A stretch of DNA of 64,000 bases from Lytechinus pictus (taxonomy: Eukaryota), in contig NC_087257.1 of NCBI RefSeq assembly GCF_037042905.1, forward strand, positions 8,990,001-9,054,000. Reading direction: 5' to 3'. The position numbers and the translations under genes are program-made. Every line of letters begins with the position of its first letter. Position 1 is the stretch's first letter. A model generated the notes under the pieces. That model was not told the origin of the DNA and searched no databases. It saw only the letters and a list, made by a program, of their open reading frames with translations. Below, piece by piece: positions 25,601-37,847 of this stretch.

Positions 25601-28600
25601 TGTAATATAGGGGAAACTTTTGATCTAAAACATGAAACAAAATAATTATTTTCATGCAACAAAAGTTGTTGTTTTCACACTTAATTTCTGTTTGGGCACA
25701 AATGATTTTTAGATCATGATAAAGCTGAAGATCTAAGCTTTAATATGATATAATTTTTATAAGAAGATGTAGTTTAGATGGGTCAGCAGCCAGCTTTTCA
25801 TAGGCCAAGTACATTTTGCAGCTCAAAAACAAGAATACTGCGCTCTGATTGGTCATAGAGACTGGGCCTCTGCAAGGTCACACTCACCATGTGGTAATCT
25901 CTTCAAATTACCCGCGCCTGTTTGTTTTGAAAACAGTATTCAGCCAATCAGAACTCTGGATTTTATGTTACTCAGAAATTTCAGAAATCTCGTCTTGCAT
26001 CTTGATAGAAAAAGCTTGCTGCTGACCCATCTAAAAGATGCCACATATCAAGAGTGACATTGTAAGAAAGTATAGAGTTTGAGCTTTCTGATGATATAAA
26101 TAATGTTGGTGCCTAAAACACAAAATGTTGCACAATTTGCAAGTGGAAACAGAGGAAGAAAATTCTGTTTGATGCATCTTTTCAGGTAAAAAATTCACTT
26201 ATTTATCAAAATATTTCATTCAAAAGAAATGACCAATATAAAAGAGTAACATTTACTCTTGCCCATGGTACAAAAATAATCAATATTACCCAAGGAGAAA
26301 GTGGTTAAATTCTTTGAGAAAAAAAGTCTCACAATTCATGAGATTTTGCAAGGGCATGAATTCAGCCACGAGAGGACTTGGATAAAACTTGCTCATTTGC
26401 TCATTAACACAGGGGCTTGCGGACTGACTGAAAAGGAGACCATAAAATGGCATTTTTGAATATCAAAATTATGGTATAAAAAGGGAATTTTTTTTTTTTA
26501 ATATTGAGAGAAAACAGAGAGAAATAAAGAATTAAGGACATTATTTATTGCCTTTTTTAATAACCGATTACGATCGATTACGATTACATGCCTATTGAAG
26601 CGCATTTTCAATGCAATTTTAGCTGAAAAAAAAAGTTTTCATCACAAACGATCAGGTTATTTTTAGGAAAACATTATTAAATTGATAGTAATTAAATAAA
26701 TAATATAAAACAACCTTTACAAAGAAGATTTTAAAAGAAAACTTTGCAAAATATACTCTCTATTTTCAGTAACCAACAAATAATTATACATTAAATATTC
26801 TAAATAATTCTCGGTCATTTGATAATCTAAAATACTCAAGAAACACAGTCAGTTTTCTGATGAAATTTTGTTGTTTCTTTGTATAAACCGCACCCAATTT
26901 TTTAAGATTACAAAGCGGGAAAAAAGGTGCGGTTAATACACCGGAAAATATGGTAATGCTTGCAGACCACCACTGGATGATTTGATAATTGTCTCATTTT
27001 TTTATCTTTACTTAACATAATATCATTTTAGGGTTTAGCTACTTATGTATCTGACACAACTTGTCACAAGAAACTATTCACAGTTGTCTGGAGATCTTGA
27101 AATGACTATTTCTTGCAAGATAGTCATGGCAGATGTACTTTTTGAAATGTTTCCATATTTCACAATGTAGTAGATTTCAATAAATTGTGTATTTAAATTC
27201 AACAACGTATTTTGTATATTTCATTGGTACTGATCTATTCTGATAGATCATAGATGTTAAGTCACATGGATAATCTTCAGATTGTTTCTGGTATTTTTAT
27301 GAACAAAATTTTTTTTGGGAAAAACCTCAGGAATGCATATAACTGTTAACTGTGAAATTGCAAAAAATCATTAGAAAAATCGAAACTAGTTTGGAATGCA
27401 GAATAATTAGCATGGAAAAATTGATCACCAAGCTACGTGTAAGGCTAGTTTGCCTACATGTAGGTTGTAACTTGTATTGAAATAGCCAGACTCTCCCCTC
27501 ATGTAGTAGTCACTAGCCCTGTCCTAATATTTGTATTACCAACTTACACATTGTCCACAACCCATAAACATTTAAATAATTTTTGTTTTTGTTGTTGATG
27601 TTTTGTTACAGGTGTGATGTCTCTGCTTCGTCCTCTTCTTCTGGACATTGTACCCACAATTCAACAGACATCGGCTTTGGCGCTGGGTCGGTTGGCAAAC
27701 TATAACGATGACCTAGCAGAAGCCGTAGTAAAGGGAGACATCCTTCCTCAACTCGTCTATTCCCTTGCTGAGCAAAATGTAAGTTTGCTTGAAACGACCG
27801 AAATTGTTTCTATTTTTCACACAAATTTTCACAAGTAAATTGAGGTTAAACCAGAGAATTCCCTGGTTAAATCATGAAGTGGTTGTAGTCCATTCTGTAA
27901 TGTTTAAGTGTACGGGGGTTTATAAATCACTTTTTCTTCATAAACCTCCCTTGTGACTTTGTAAATTCATGTTCAAAAATTTAAAATGAAAATGTTTTTA
28001 ATGGTTGTGGATTTTTTTTTCAATTGAAAATAAACAACAGTAGTTTCTCCAAATCTCAGTAGATTTGACTGCAGTGCAAAATAATTTTATTTTCGAACTT
28101 TATTCTTGATGTTTTCTGTTTTCACATAAAAGTATACGGTGCACAATTATTTCTACAATATTGAAAATGCTAGGTTCAGGCACATATGGCTTTGTTGCAT
28201 GAACTTAACATTAGTAGAACTTGTCTAAAAGATTAACATGGAAATTTAAATCTGATCAGCTTGAGAAATTCTCCCATTGTATTTGTAGATATGATTGTTG
28301 ACTGTTACGATTTATATACTTCTTGGGAGCATTTCAGTGAAGGACTTGTCCAAAGTTTATCTGACAAAGTTTGTTTTATTTGACATTTGCCAAAGTAGCA
28401 GACACCTGTGCAATAAAAAGCAAGGAAAGTTGTCAGATCTGACAACTTCACAGACAAAATTGAAAATAAAATGTTGATGAAATTAAAATGCTCTCTCAAG
28501 TTCTCACACTAGAGGGGGGGTCATGAAGCTTTAAGTGCAACTTAAAGTTGCACTTATATTGTCAGTTGCATATTGTATTAAAGGTATCACCATTTTGGTC

Positions 28601-31600
28601 AAAGTGTGTCAAGGGGACATGCACTAATGCATATTAATCCATAACATAGCATTTAACATATCATTTGCATGTTGGCATTTAAGCAGCTCTTACGTTATGT
28701 TTTTTTTTCTTTGTTGTAAATGACAGAGATTCTACAAGAAGGCAGCTGCATTTGTTCTTCGGGCCGTAGCCAAGCACTCCCCTCAGCTGGGCCAGTCTGT
28801 TGTAGACTGCGGAGCTCTTGATGCTCTGGTCATCTGCCTTGAAGAGTTTGATCCTGGTGTCAAGGAATCGGCAGCTTGGGCTCTGGGATACATCGCCAGG
28901 CATAACGCAGGTTAGTAGCAAACCAGGCCCATTATTCACTGTTTAGTATTTTAAAAAACATATTAGGAACATAATGAGATAGTTGTGTATGCTTGGCACG
29001 GAAGCGACTTTGCCATATTTTATGGTAGTTCCCAGGAAAGGTTGATATTGATTGGCTGCGAAGCCCTGTTTCCATGATTCATAAGCTACCATAATACTAG
29101 TAGTACATCTTTATGAAACAGGGCCCCATGTCTTGTTGACTCAAATAGTTTTTATGCAATTGTCCTACTGTAAGAGTGATGTAACAAAATTTGGCCACTT
29201 TAGACATCAGAGCGATTTAAATTCAAGTTTGGTGTGTTGATGCCCCTTTTTATAGCTTGATAAACTAAATTACAAAATATATCAACATGGTTGCGTCATT
29301 TTAGTGCTTAGAAAGACATCATATATTATATTTGAAAGTAAACCCTAACCCTGCAGGTTGTATTGGAGCCCACATGTATAAAGTATTTGATTTACTGTAC
29401 AGTATTATTGAAATGAATATGAAAGGACCACAAGAAAACATCTTTATGAAAAATGATCTTTTCCCCACAATGAACTCCTGCCTCAATATCTTGACTATTG
29501 CAGGTCTAATTTGATCTTTTGATTCACTTTTACAGAGCTTGCCCAGTCCGTGGTGGATGCTGGCGCCGTACCCCTGCTGGTTCTATGTATCCAGGAGCCA
29601 GAGCTTTCATTGAAGCGTATAGCTGCCTCGGCTCTGAGCGATATCTGCAAGCATTCTCCTGAGCTGGCCCAGACCGTTGTTGATGCCGGAGCCATCGCTC
29701 ACCTCGCTCAGATGATCCTCAACCCTGATGCTAAACTCAAGGTAAGGTATCTAAATTAACCCGTTGCTTACTGGAACAGAAATGCCCCTGTTCGAAGCCT
29801 TTATGAAAAACAGAATCCCGCAGTCAAAGGCTTAATCTTCAGACGAACGCTCTTTTTGCATAATGCCTGCATTCATGAAAATATTCTGTTCATATGAAAA
29901 AGTGAAGAAAAAAAAAATCTTTTTGAAATGGAGGAATAATATATTAATCTTTTGATTTTTATAATCTCATGTATCTCAAAACGTTATTTTTCCTTCAGCC
30001 ATTCACACCAATATTAATCATTTAGGCTATGTTCATAATTTGATCACAATCTGAATTGCAACCATTATTTTTATATGTTGCTTGAGTTTATCCTTGGCCG
30101 TAAGTTTGATCACAAAGAAATAATCCATTCCTTTTCTTACTTTTGCTGTTGTTAGCGATTATTTGAAAAATACCTTGTATTTTATTTTGTATACAGCGTC
30201 AAGTATTCTCCGCTTTGAGTCAGATATCCAAACACTCCGTAGACCTGGCCGAGATGGTGGTCGAAGCCGAGATCTTCCCTGCCGTCCTAACCTGCCTCAA
30301 GGACCAGGACGAGTACGTCCGTAAGAACGTGGCCACGCTGATCCGCGAGATCGCCAAGCATACCCCTGAGTTGTCTACGCTGATCGTCAACGCAGGGGGC
30401 GTGGCTGCTGTGGTAGATTACGTAGCGGAATCCAAGGGCAATGTGAGACTACCTGGTGTCATGATGCTGGGCTACGTGGCTGCTCACTCGGAGAACCTAG
30501 CAATGGCTGTTATTGTCTCTAAGGTAAACAAACTCATAATTTATGGAAAGAATGTAGGTATATTATTTTAGCAGGAAAATCCCATACAAATAGTGAATAG
30601 GTATGAGTGTGATTGTACAAGATTTTGTACGAGTTAAATGGATCTTCTTCCTTTCACCAAATGCGAAATATTGTACCATTTCACGAATAAGATCGTTCGC
30701 TAATTGTGTTACACAATGCCTTGGAAATTATGGAGTATACACAGAATGACAGGCTTTTTTTTTTTTAACTCAATTCAATTTATTTTTTAGGTAAAAATCA
30801 CCTGAGTAACTATATTAATTGTAAAATGTGAGGATCAAACACCCTAGAATAGCAAGTGGCTTGAAAATTAGGGGGATATAGTGCTCTACGGAGGGGGCAC
30901 TAAATGTATGTTAGTATAATTATCATTTTTATTAGTACTGTTATCTTTATCATCATTTTTATTATTCCGATCCAGGGTGTAACGCAGCTAGCTATGACAC
31001 TTGCAGAGGAACCAGAAGACCACATACAGGCCGCAGCAGCATGGGCGCTAGGTCAGATAGGACGTCACACCCCAGAGCATGCCAAGGCCGTTGCTCAAGC
31101 TAACGTATTGCCTCGCCTGGTCGAGTGTTACCAGAGAGCCGACGCATCGGAAGACCTCCAAACAAAGGTAGGTTGCTGGACACAGAACAGTTATATACAC
31201 TGTAACGTTAGAGATTTTACAAACAGACCTTATCTGAATTTTTGGTCAAATTTTCGAAATTGATTTTTTTTTTAACTTATTCTGAATGTATGTCTTCAAC
31301 ACTATTGACTTACTAATTTTAGATCGAAATTCTTCTATTTTGAACAAGAGATAGATGATTGAAATGTTGTTTGAATGGGATAATCCCCCTGGTTTGATTT
31401 TAGGAAGTGTCATAAACCATTGCTTCTGTACTGTAGCAGTCTCCGGAATAGCGCAGGGATCAGAAACCCTGACGCGGGAGAGGACTTTAAACACAACTGC
31501 TTACTGTACTGGGAATATTGGATTATTCAATTAAACCCTATTAAAATATTATTTGTCCATGAATCATCATAAGATATACATTGTTGGTTGGCAGAAGGAT

Positions 31601-33237
31601 GGTAGGATATGGATGCGCTATGATTTTTTATTCCCTTGTGGCTGGCATGAGCTCAATATACTCAAGTGCTTAGCACACAAAGTGTAAATTGTGCACGAGA
31701 GTTAACAACATCCTTTTGGCCGACCAACATGAACAAGAATTTTAATTGACATGTGTGTTGCTAATGCCCTCTGTGCTTTGCAGATGATGATATTATTTCC
31801 CTTGATAAATTGCCTTTTATTTCATAGACTATTATTGTTTCATTTCATTAGGCCAAGAAGGCTCTCAAGAACATCCTCCAAAAGTGTGTTCACCTCCCTG
31901 CCTTGGAGCCCCTCCTTCACGACGCCCCGCCCAACATCCTCAAGCACGTGGTCGGCCAGTTCGGCAAGGTACTTCCTCACGACCCCAAGGCACGTCGCCT
32001 GTTTGTCACCAGCGGCGGGCTGAAGAAGGTCCAAGAGATCAAGGCCGATGCCGGGTCCGTCCTGGAGGAGTACATCAATACCATCAACAACTGCTTCCCG
32101 GAGGAGATCGTCAAGTATGTCCACTCACTTTTTTTTTCAAATAATGATAAAAATTATGAATAAATACAGCATACAACATAATGATAATAATAATGATAAT
32201 AATGATAATATATATTTACCCAGGGAAGCCACTTTAGTTCTGAAAACTGTTCTCCTAGCGGGCCCTGCTATTATTATTACCCCGGCTTTAGCTGGGCTGC
32301 CTAGGCGCTTAGGCATTCAAGGAATGTCTTCGTACCGGGTACCCATTCACCTTACCTGGGTTGAGTGCGGCACAATGTGGATAGATTTCTTGCTGAAGGA
32401 AATTACGCCATGGCTGGGATTCGAACCCACGGCCCTCTGTTTCAAAGTCAGATGACTAATCCACTGGGCCACAACGCTCCACTAATAATGATACATGGGG
32501 ATTCTTGCTATTTGAAACCATTCTCATCTCACAAACATGGTCTGTGTAAAATCTATACCTATGACTGCTCAAATCTGGTGATAAGTAAAATAATGAGTCA
32601 TGCAAAATAAATGTCTGGTCGTGTGGGTACTCTCAAACAAACATTTGATTTTGATCAAACTCATTATGTTCTGATGGAGAGGAGATCATATGATAGAAAG
32701 GAGAGAAAAATAATAAATTTTTTATCAGTAGACATTTTGTAACCATTTCTGAAAAGGGAATGGGAAGAAAAAACGTGTGGATTTGTCTTGACTCTCATCA
32801 GAGCATATTGATTTGAATACAAGTAAATATTCAGTAACAGTTTTGCTTAATCCAAGCATAAAAATGAATTAAAGTATTATAATAGAATGTTAAATTGAGG
32901 CCCCGTGTAGAGGAGAGTCACCACCTTCGCACGTTAAGAACCCACTGCACTATTCCTATAAGAGTAGGGGGAAACCCCTTTGTAGTGGTCAACCTGCACT
33001 CCCCTACCAGTTATACGGAGAGACCTGCGGGTCATAGTGATTCAGTTCGCTCTTCGCCTCCCAGGCACGGGTGACGCCAAAACAATAATGATAATAACAA
33101 TAAGGATATCAAGTGTTAATCTCTGCATTTTTTTCTCTCTCTTTCTCTACAGATACTACTCTCCTGGATATTCAGATGCCCTGTTGGACAGGGTCGATCA
33201 ATACCAACCCGTCGGTGATAATCAGGTCTACAACTAA
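16661..33237 (+). CDS. SPAG6: Sperm-associated antigen 6 (PF16, axonemal central-pair armadillo-repeat protein); 9 exons, 514 aa
   Basis: join(16661..16685,24639..24734,27612..27778,28727..28910,29536..29741,30197..30523,30976..31167,31852..32114,33153..33237) = 1545 nt open frame. The sequence MSSRQVLQVFEQYQKART...YYSPGYSD is closely similar to vertebrate SPAG6. Confidence 0.97.
17269..17506 (-). repeat. 3' LTR
   Basis: identical to 24006..24243; preceded on the minus strand by GGGGGGGAC polypurine tract. Confidence 0.95.
18940..19758 (-). CDS. Retropepsin aspartic protease, expressed by -1 frameshift from gag; pol ends after the protease
   Basis: AVVDTAAEVSII and MLLGLDFL motifs in ORF 18940..19851; slippery heptamer G GAA AAC at 19758-19752. 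Confidence 0.85.
   Translation of the reverse strand, partial: GKLQRVGGAGQPPAPTARGQIEGSKLASSSEGPSVGSSEGITEGVSERLIVPGNNVTGIATYVEAAARDPVPSNTRISDLGEAILESVPDALPGLGCASEIEEVVVCRLESRSTLKVSVVIGGQPVSAVVDTAAEVSIISDRLLQSLDPKPPKLREVILHAAGRDMKMRGTIVGPLSIELGNQTFSEEVYVAPIADHMLLGLDFLSKRKAAIHLLDPHMQLGGQRIPLWYSDDPGRQIARVHLHKRVIVPPNAVKRITGIIDQRLEDFMFNP
19695..21419 (-). CDS. gag: Gag (N-terminal HhH-like, capsid, coiled coil, zinc knuckle), 574 aa
   Basis: capsid motifs FDGKGNW...W...LKGKA...L..RFG...QGPTESL..WADRV; knuckle CYECGGIGYYRNNC. Confidence 0.92.
   Translation of the reverse strand: MDGEEKIPINVCSFEEFRLLGLSPALAGIIQGIRLDHGEITPELFESSPALCSNRELAQRVDFSGGTQGVEGSIFITPRGRLTAGTRSESDLNGVAGSRGVYPYDQHQPPRSSQSNQSSGSWGTSSSHFREERGHEPPSTRGGDMGSGVEPRFRLRNLVGEEANGASVNRLMQASGDSSKWSGGDDPTTKQAVAMRSKVGEGRGSLAPPPTPDFSARNVRAGMTRPAQYSSSSPPSSPAASPANSSASSGRGTGGGLPYYTLPKSLTFDGKGNWRAFFRKFSPFADHHNWNATERVSQLYWGLKGKAEDYLLMVLDQEPNMPYSGLVARLQHRFGEEGLSESAQLEFVAAKQGPTESLPDWADRVLRLATRAFPGVDGPYPNRQAVLRLCQGALNREAGCHALTRNPSTVNEALKYIEWHQHVHRAMYGRPKAVSKANEGEVRKVELPQSSCKAEGEANNAALDRRLVNLERKTDERLGHIERDLQRLGGLERDLKKVLEAIQTRPQPARERGRSPGRDRCYECGGIGYYRNNCPSVQENRAKVQVSFVGDQEEENSSGSEELASPRPPPPEAK
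21440..22560. repeat. ~173-bp tandem repeat in the retrotransposon leader (5 clear copies plus about 2 degenerate)
   Basis: TACCTTTAACAG recurs at 21742, 21915, 22087, 22260 and 22433. Confidence 0.9.
23992..24004 (-). other. primer-binding site, tRNA-Ser-like
   Basis: TGGCGCTGCGAGC lies 1 nt after the 5' LTR and is complementary to a tRNA ending GCUCGCAGCG-CCA (G discriminator, Ser-type; assignment is inference). Confidence 0.75.
24006..24243 (-). repeat. 5' LTR
   Basis: identical to 17269..17506; followed by the PBS. Confidence 0.95.
24639..24734 (+). CDS. SPAG6: SPAG6 exon 2
   Basis: polypyrimidine tract plus TTGCAG; VFEQYQKARTTFVQTVAELASRPQNIETLQNA; donor GTAAGT. Confidence 0.95.
24891..26953. 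mobile_element. Tc1/mariner(pogo)-type non-autonomous element
   Basis: TA|CCGTATTTTTCGGTATATAAACCGC ... GCGGTTAATACACCGGAAAATATGG|TA. Confidence 0.78.
25381..26430. mobile_element. nested TIR element
   Basis: 18-bp TIR CAGTCAGTCTGCAAGCCC / GGGCTTGCGGACTGACTG; AAAA on both flanks. Confidence 0.75.
27612..27778 (+). CDS. SPAG6: SPAG6 exon 3
   Basis: GVMSLLRPLLLD...SLAEQN; AG acceptor, GTAAGT donor. Confidence 0.96.
28727..28910 (+). CDS. SPAG6: SPAG6 exon 4
   Basis: RFYKKAAAFVLRAVAKHSPQL...IARHNA; AG acceptor, GTTAGT donor. Confidence 0.96.
29536..29741 (+). CDS. SPAG6: SPAG6 exon 5
   Basis: ELAQSVVDAGAVPLLVLC...NPDAKLK; AG acceptor, GTAAGG donor. Confidence 0.96.
30197..30523 (+). CDS. SPAG6: SPAG6 exon 6
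   Basis: RQVFSALSQISKHSVDLAE...AMAVIVSK; AG acceptor, GTAAAC donor. Confidence 0.96.
30976..31167 (+). CDS. SPAG6: SPAG6 exon 7
   Basis: GVTQLAMTLAEEPEDHIQ...SEDLQTK; AG acceptor, GTAGGT donor. Confidence 0.96.
31852..32114 (+). CDS. SPAG6: SPAG6 exon 8
   Basis: AKKALKNILQKCVHLPALEP...CFPEEIV; AG acceptor, GTATGT donor. Confidence 0.96.
32176..32480 (-). mobile_element. tRNA-derived SINE
   Basis: reverse-strand B box GGGTTCGAATCCC; same family as 5953-6215; simple-repeat tail. Confidence 0.85.
32885..33100 (+). mobile_element. Deu-domain SINE 3' fragment
   Basis: GTTAAATTGAGGCCCC...CACGTTAAGAACCCACTGCACTATTCC.ATAAGAGTAGGGG resembles the Deu domain; (AAT)n tail. Confidence 0.55.
33153..33237 (+). 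CDS. SPAG6: SPAG6 last exon
   Basis: polypyrimidine tract plus CAG; YYSPGYSDALLDRVDQYQPVGDNQVYN*. Confidence 0.95.
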
Positions 33238-33279
33238 CTTTCTGGACATCCAGTCAAATATACTTCAAAAGAATAAAAC

Positions 33280-33780
33280 TCTGTGGATCGGACGTTGTTG
33301 CATTTTCACATGCGGGGAGCTTAAAAATGTTGGGATGAACTAGGTCTGCAGGAATATGCCATGCATTTTGCATACATGTTCCTCATGCATCGCTTTGATA
33401 TGCAATCCTTAATCAAAATTCAAATAATTCTGTATTCAGTCCTTTATGTATTTGAAATATATAAGTTATACCAAGGGTTTTGAGAAACGAGAATCTACAA
33501 GATAATTGTGGATCACTAGTTTTGTAGTTTCAAACATTGGGAGCTTATAATATAGGGATGAACTAGGTCTTCAGGGATGTGCCATGACTTTGGCATACAT
33601 ATACCTAATGCAAAGCTGTGATATGCGATCCATGAATAAAATTCAAAGGATTCTGTATTCATTCAAATATAGATATCTAACTCACACCAAAGGACGCTTA
33701 GAAATAGAATTCAATGGGTTAATCGTGGATCAGTGGTTTTTGCATTTAAAATGACAGGGGCTTGAAATGTAGGGATGAAT
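33280..33780 (+). repeat. diverged ~220-bp tandem repeat in the SPAG6 3' UTR
   Basis: GGGATGAA recurs at 33332, 33555 and 33772 with collinear flanks. Confidence 0.8.
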
Positions 33781-36700
33781 AATGACGTTAAGAATCTGAC
33801 CAAAACACATATATTTGTATGCAGAATTTGTAATCATTTAAGAAAGGATGTAGAGGAGGAGGGGGATTTACTTGTTTTTTATTCATACCAATTATAAGCA
33901 TAAGCTGTCTATCCCATTATGAATAAAATGTAAGATCATCAACCCAAGTGTCCACTTTTTGCAAAATGAATGGCATTTAATAATTATTACGGTATATTGT
34001 GATAAATGCAAGTCTTTGCGGCAATTATTTAAATGCATTTGGCTGGTGTTGTCTGTCCAGTCTCTAAGCTGGAACTGAGAAAAATGCATTGAAATGATAT
34101 TAAGAATAAATCCTGTGAACCACTGTTGACATATGGCTGGAATGCCGTGCTTATTTTGTCAATTTCTCAATGATTACACACTTTCTGCCGGAATCATTTG
34201 GCACAGATTTTTTATTCCAACATACAAACAGTTTGTGGTCATTTTATTGGATTCTGTTCGTTTTAGATCGTTACCACAACTGGCATTTATCTTTACCCCG
34301 AGATTAACTCTGACCAGGCCCATTTGTGGAATGCCTGTTGCAAGCTCATCCAACAAGTACACATTTATTACTAAATACCACCGAATATCGCAAGGTCTTG
34401 TTGCTCTTTTATTTGAATGGAATACTAACTGTTATCAGGGGGTCGTTTCATAAAGCTGTCATAAGTTAAGAATGACTTTAACGACTGGTGAACCTTTCTC
34501 ACGCGTTAAATAATCACCAATCAACAATTAGTGGTGAATATCATTTACCTCCAGAAAGAATCACCAGTAGTTCTAATAGTTGCTCTTAACTTACGAACAG
34601 CTTTATGAAACACCCACCTGGCTTTGTAAAAAGTGAAATGATCTAATTTCCTTTTATCAGTTTTCATTCTATTTGAATGAAATAAATATATTTATTTTTG
34701 AATTGCATATACATGCACGTATATTTATATGTTTATGGATTGATGAATAATTTTGTCCACAGTAGTACATTAGAAACCTTATAGTACTGAATATAATATA
34801 AGTGTTTGCACCAGACACATATCAATGAGTTACAGCTATGGACTTGTCTGGAAGACAACCATTGCAATCACCTGCGTCCAGGGCTATACGGAAATGGTTA
34901 GAACCAGTTTCAATGGAAAGAATGACTCCGTAAGGCTGTGATGTCTCACTTTTATACTCTACTCTATGCACTTCTTTGAGATTTTACAATTTCTTCTTTT
35001 TACAAAATATCAAATTTTCAGGATTGAAGTAATAATAATAATAAACATTAATTTGTATGGCGCAGCTTTTATATGAATATATATTCAGCTGCGCTTGTTC
35101 AGATCTTTTTTTTTGTAAGGAAGGATCCTGAATCTTTGAGGAATTATATATACTGTTTTGAATGGTGTTGAAAGCTCTTTAAAACTTGCAAATGTTCATC
35201 CGTCCCAAAGTGATTCATACATTCTTCAATATTTTGTACTTATTTGTAAATATTATATTTGCTTATTATGTTGATTATATCTATTTGTCAAGTGTTTTGT
35301 GAATAAAAATCGTTTTTATGTACTTCATATTTTTTGTTGTAGTATTTTGTTTGTAAAAAGTGATGATTCAAGTGTCTGATATTAAAAGTTAGAAATGTAA
35401 TGAACATTACCAATTACATGTAATGACCTATTTTCCCGCCCAGCTTCTATGACTTCCTTCTCAAAATTTGTTTTTTTAGCCGATTCCTCACAGGTGAAGT
35501 TCACCCTGATTTTTCAATTTAATAGATACAGACAAAAATGAAGATGAAGGTTTGACCAAAATAGATTGAATAATACATATAAAAATTGTAGTGTTAATTC
35601 TTTGATGGATTTTGGCCAAACCTTCACTATAATTATCTTTTCTTTCTTCCCCCCCCCCCCTGCTTTCATTAAAAGAAACTGTATGTCAGGGTGAACTTCC
35701 TCTTAGATTCTTTTATTAATCAGTTGTTCCGGAAATAAAACCCAACTACCATCCCTCTCTCTACTACTCTAGATCTCCCAATCTCCCTTTTCTCTGCCCC
35801 TCCCGCTTACCCCCCCCCCCCCCACTTGCTCCCCTACCCTCTCCCTTTGAACATTGATGCCTCTCTTTAAAATGCAGTAAAGGAATCACAAAGATTAATA
35901 ATCTTATAAATCATTTTCAATGTATTTATTACATATTCCACATTTATCCACCGAGGATACATCAACATTCTAGAAACCATCCCAAGGCAAAGAGAGTCTT
36001 CACTATTACATTTTGAAACACTGAATATGATCCAAAACGAGCATTTTCATTAGACTGGAATAAGGACTTGGCCTAGCTGCCCTTGTGAAGGAATTGGTGA
36101 ACACGTCCCACTGGGAACTGGAGACCGGCACTGGATGTGAAGAATGAGCCTTGCCTTGGTTTGGGCCAACTATGACTTCGAGAATTCTATGTGCTCATGG
36201 GATATGGCTCATTATGCCTTGTGAAGCAAAGGCAAGTTTTATACTACATGCACTTGTATTTTGTTTATGCTGTACATGTACATGTAATACTGAGAATATT
36301 GGGAGGGGGGCTAAATATATGCCTTGTTCTTGCATTCACAACAATTCAGCAAATATATCAACTTACAACAGGTTATAAATCAAAGTTCAAACCCGACAGT
36401 GAAATGAAGTCAGACTCGGTGATCAAAATCTTTCATAAGTTAATAACACCCCATACAGTATTTGACAGGAGAAAAAATACCGGGGGGGGGGGCTAAACTA
36501 ATACAATGCAGCAAATTTTTGCTAGTAAAATAAAAAACTATTGGGAAAGTTTTTTAATAATTTTTTGCCAGGAATCCGATGATCAAAGATACATTTTTCA
36601 GAATACAGTATAACTATATTACATATAATCGATAGGAAATGGCAGAATAATTTCATCTCGTACAGATCCTTTAAGGTGAGAGGGACATTACTAGCTAAAA

Positions 36701-37098
36701 TTGTTGACCCATGACCTGAATATTTTTTTCCGTCAGTTTGTCAGGATAAGAGGGAGGGGGATAGTCTGCAGGCACAGACCCTGAGTCTTCACACAAGATT
36801 AGCACATTATAAAACTTTCTATTTCCGAGGGCCTTCTGTTCAGAAGTCATTGTAGGCTCCATATTCAGACCACTTAACTGGAGTGAAGTGTTTGTACATC
36901 AGACTTGGGACGGGGGAGGGTTTCACTCTGAAACTGCATGTTGCATTATCTGGGACACAAGATGAAGCACATACTTCGCACATTAAATAGAAACAATTAC
37001 ATGTAATGTAATATCATCATTTTCAATGATTGGTACACTGTAGTGTTACAGTCGCACCAACGAAACAGACTCCAAACCGACCGATGGTGTGTTACTGA

Positions 37099-37325
37099 GG
37101 CCTTGTCACATCGTTCCGTGCAAGCCTTGCGTGTGACTTATGGACAACTATTTTTGTGACCCGCGAGTCGCCCGCATTGACAGTATCTCGCACGCAGTTG
37201 CCCGCAGGAGTCTGATTTGCATGCAGAAAAATTTTGAACATGCTCAAAACTTTGTTGTGGGTGAGCTGCGGGCAATCACCCACATCTCACCCGCAAAGGC
37301 TTGCACGGCACGATGTGACATTGCC
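37099..37325. mobile_element. palindromic MITE
   Basis: ggccttgtcacatcgttccgtgcaagcct / aggcttgcacggcacgatgtgacattgcc. Confidence 0.7.
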
Positions 37326-37798
37326 ATAAGAAACAATGTACTAGGTAATAGCTTTGCTCAATCTGGGTCCCGTCTTGCAAAGAGTTACGATCGATCCGAT
37401 CAACCTCAACTCTAGAAATCCATCAATGTCATACATTTCTGTTACAGGAAATCTGCACAATGTCCCTTTGTAAACAAAGGAGAGCATACTGAATTGTCAT
37501 TCAAGACATTCATGCATGTATGAATAGACATCATCTTTAGAAAATATTTTAACAGACATATGCATTTTAGATATTGGCGTTGCTGGCTTTCCATAGTTGT
37601 GATTGATCGGATCGATCATAACTATTTGTCAGACAGGGGCCCTGCAGTCAGTTTCGCTGATGACACTGGCATAAATGTTTGAGCAAAAGTGCAGGTCATG
37701 GACCACATTCTCCAGTGAATAAACTGAAAAGAATTACTATGTACATAAGACTAATACAAACATAATAGAAAATGAAGATACAGAAAGAGACGGGAATG

Positions 37799-37847
37799 CT
37801 AGTCCATCCGGGCTTTAACCTCTCGTGTCGTCACTTTATCTTTCTCT
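37799..37847 (-). CDS. PSMB3: PSMB3 last exon
   Basis: 49 nt; [15 protein letters not shown]. Confidence 0.95.

Noticed and set aside
36050-37000. Short ORFs between SPAG6 and PSMB3
   Set aside because: No homology or splice structure; more simply PSMB3 3' UTR (minus-strand AATAAA at 35930-35925) or intergenic DNA.
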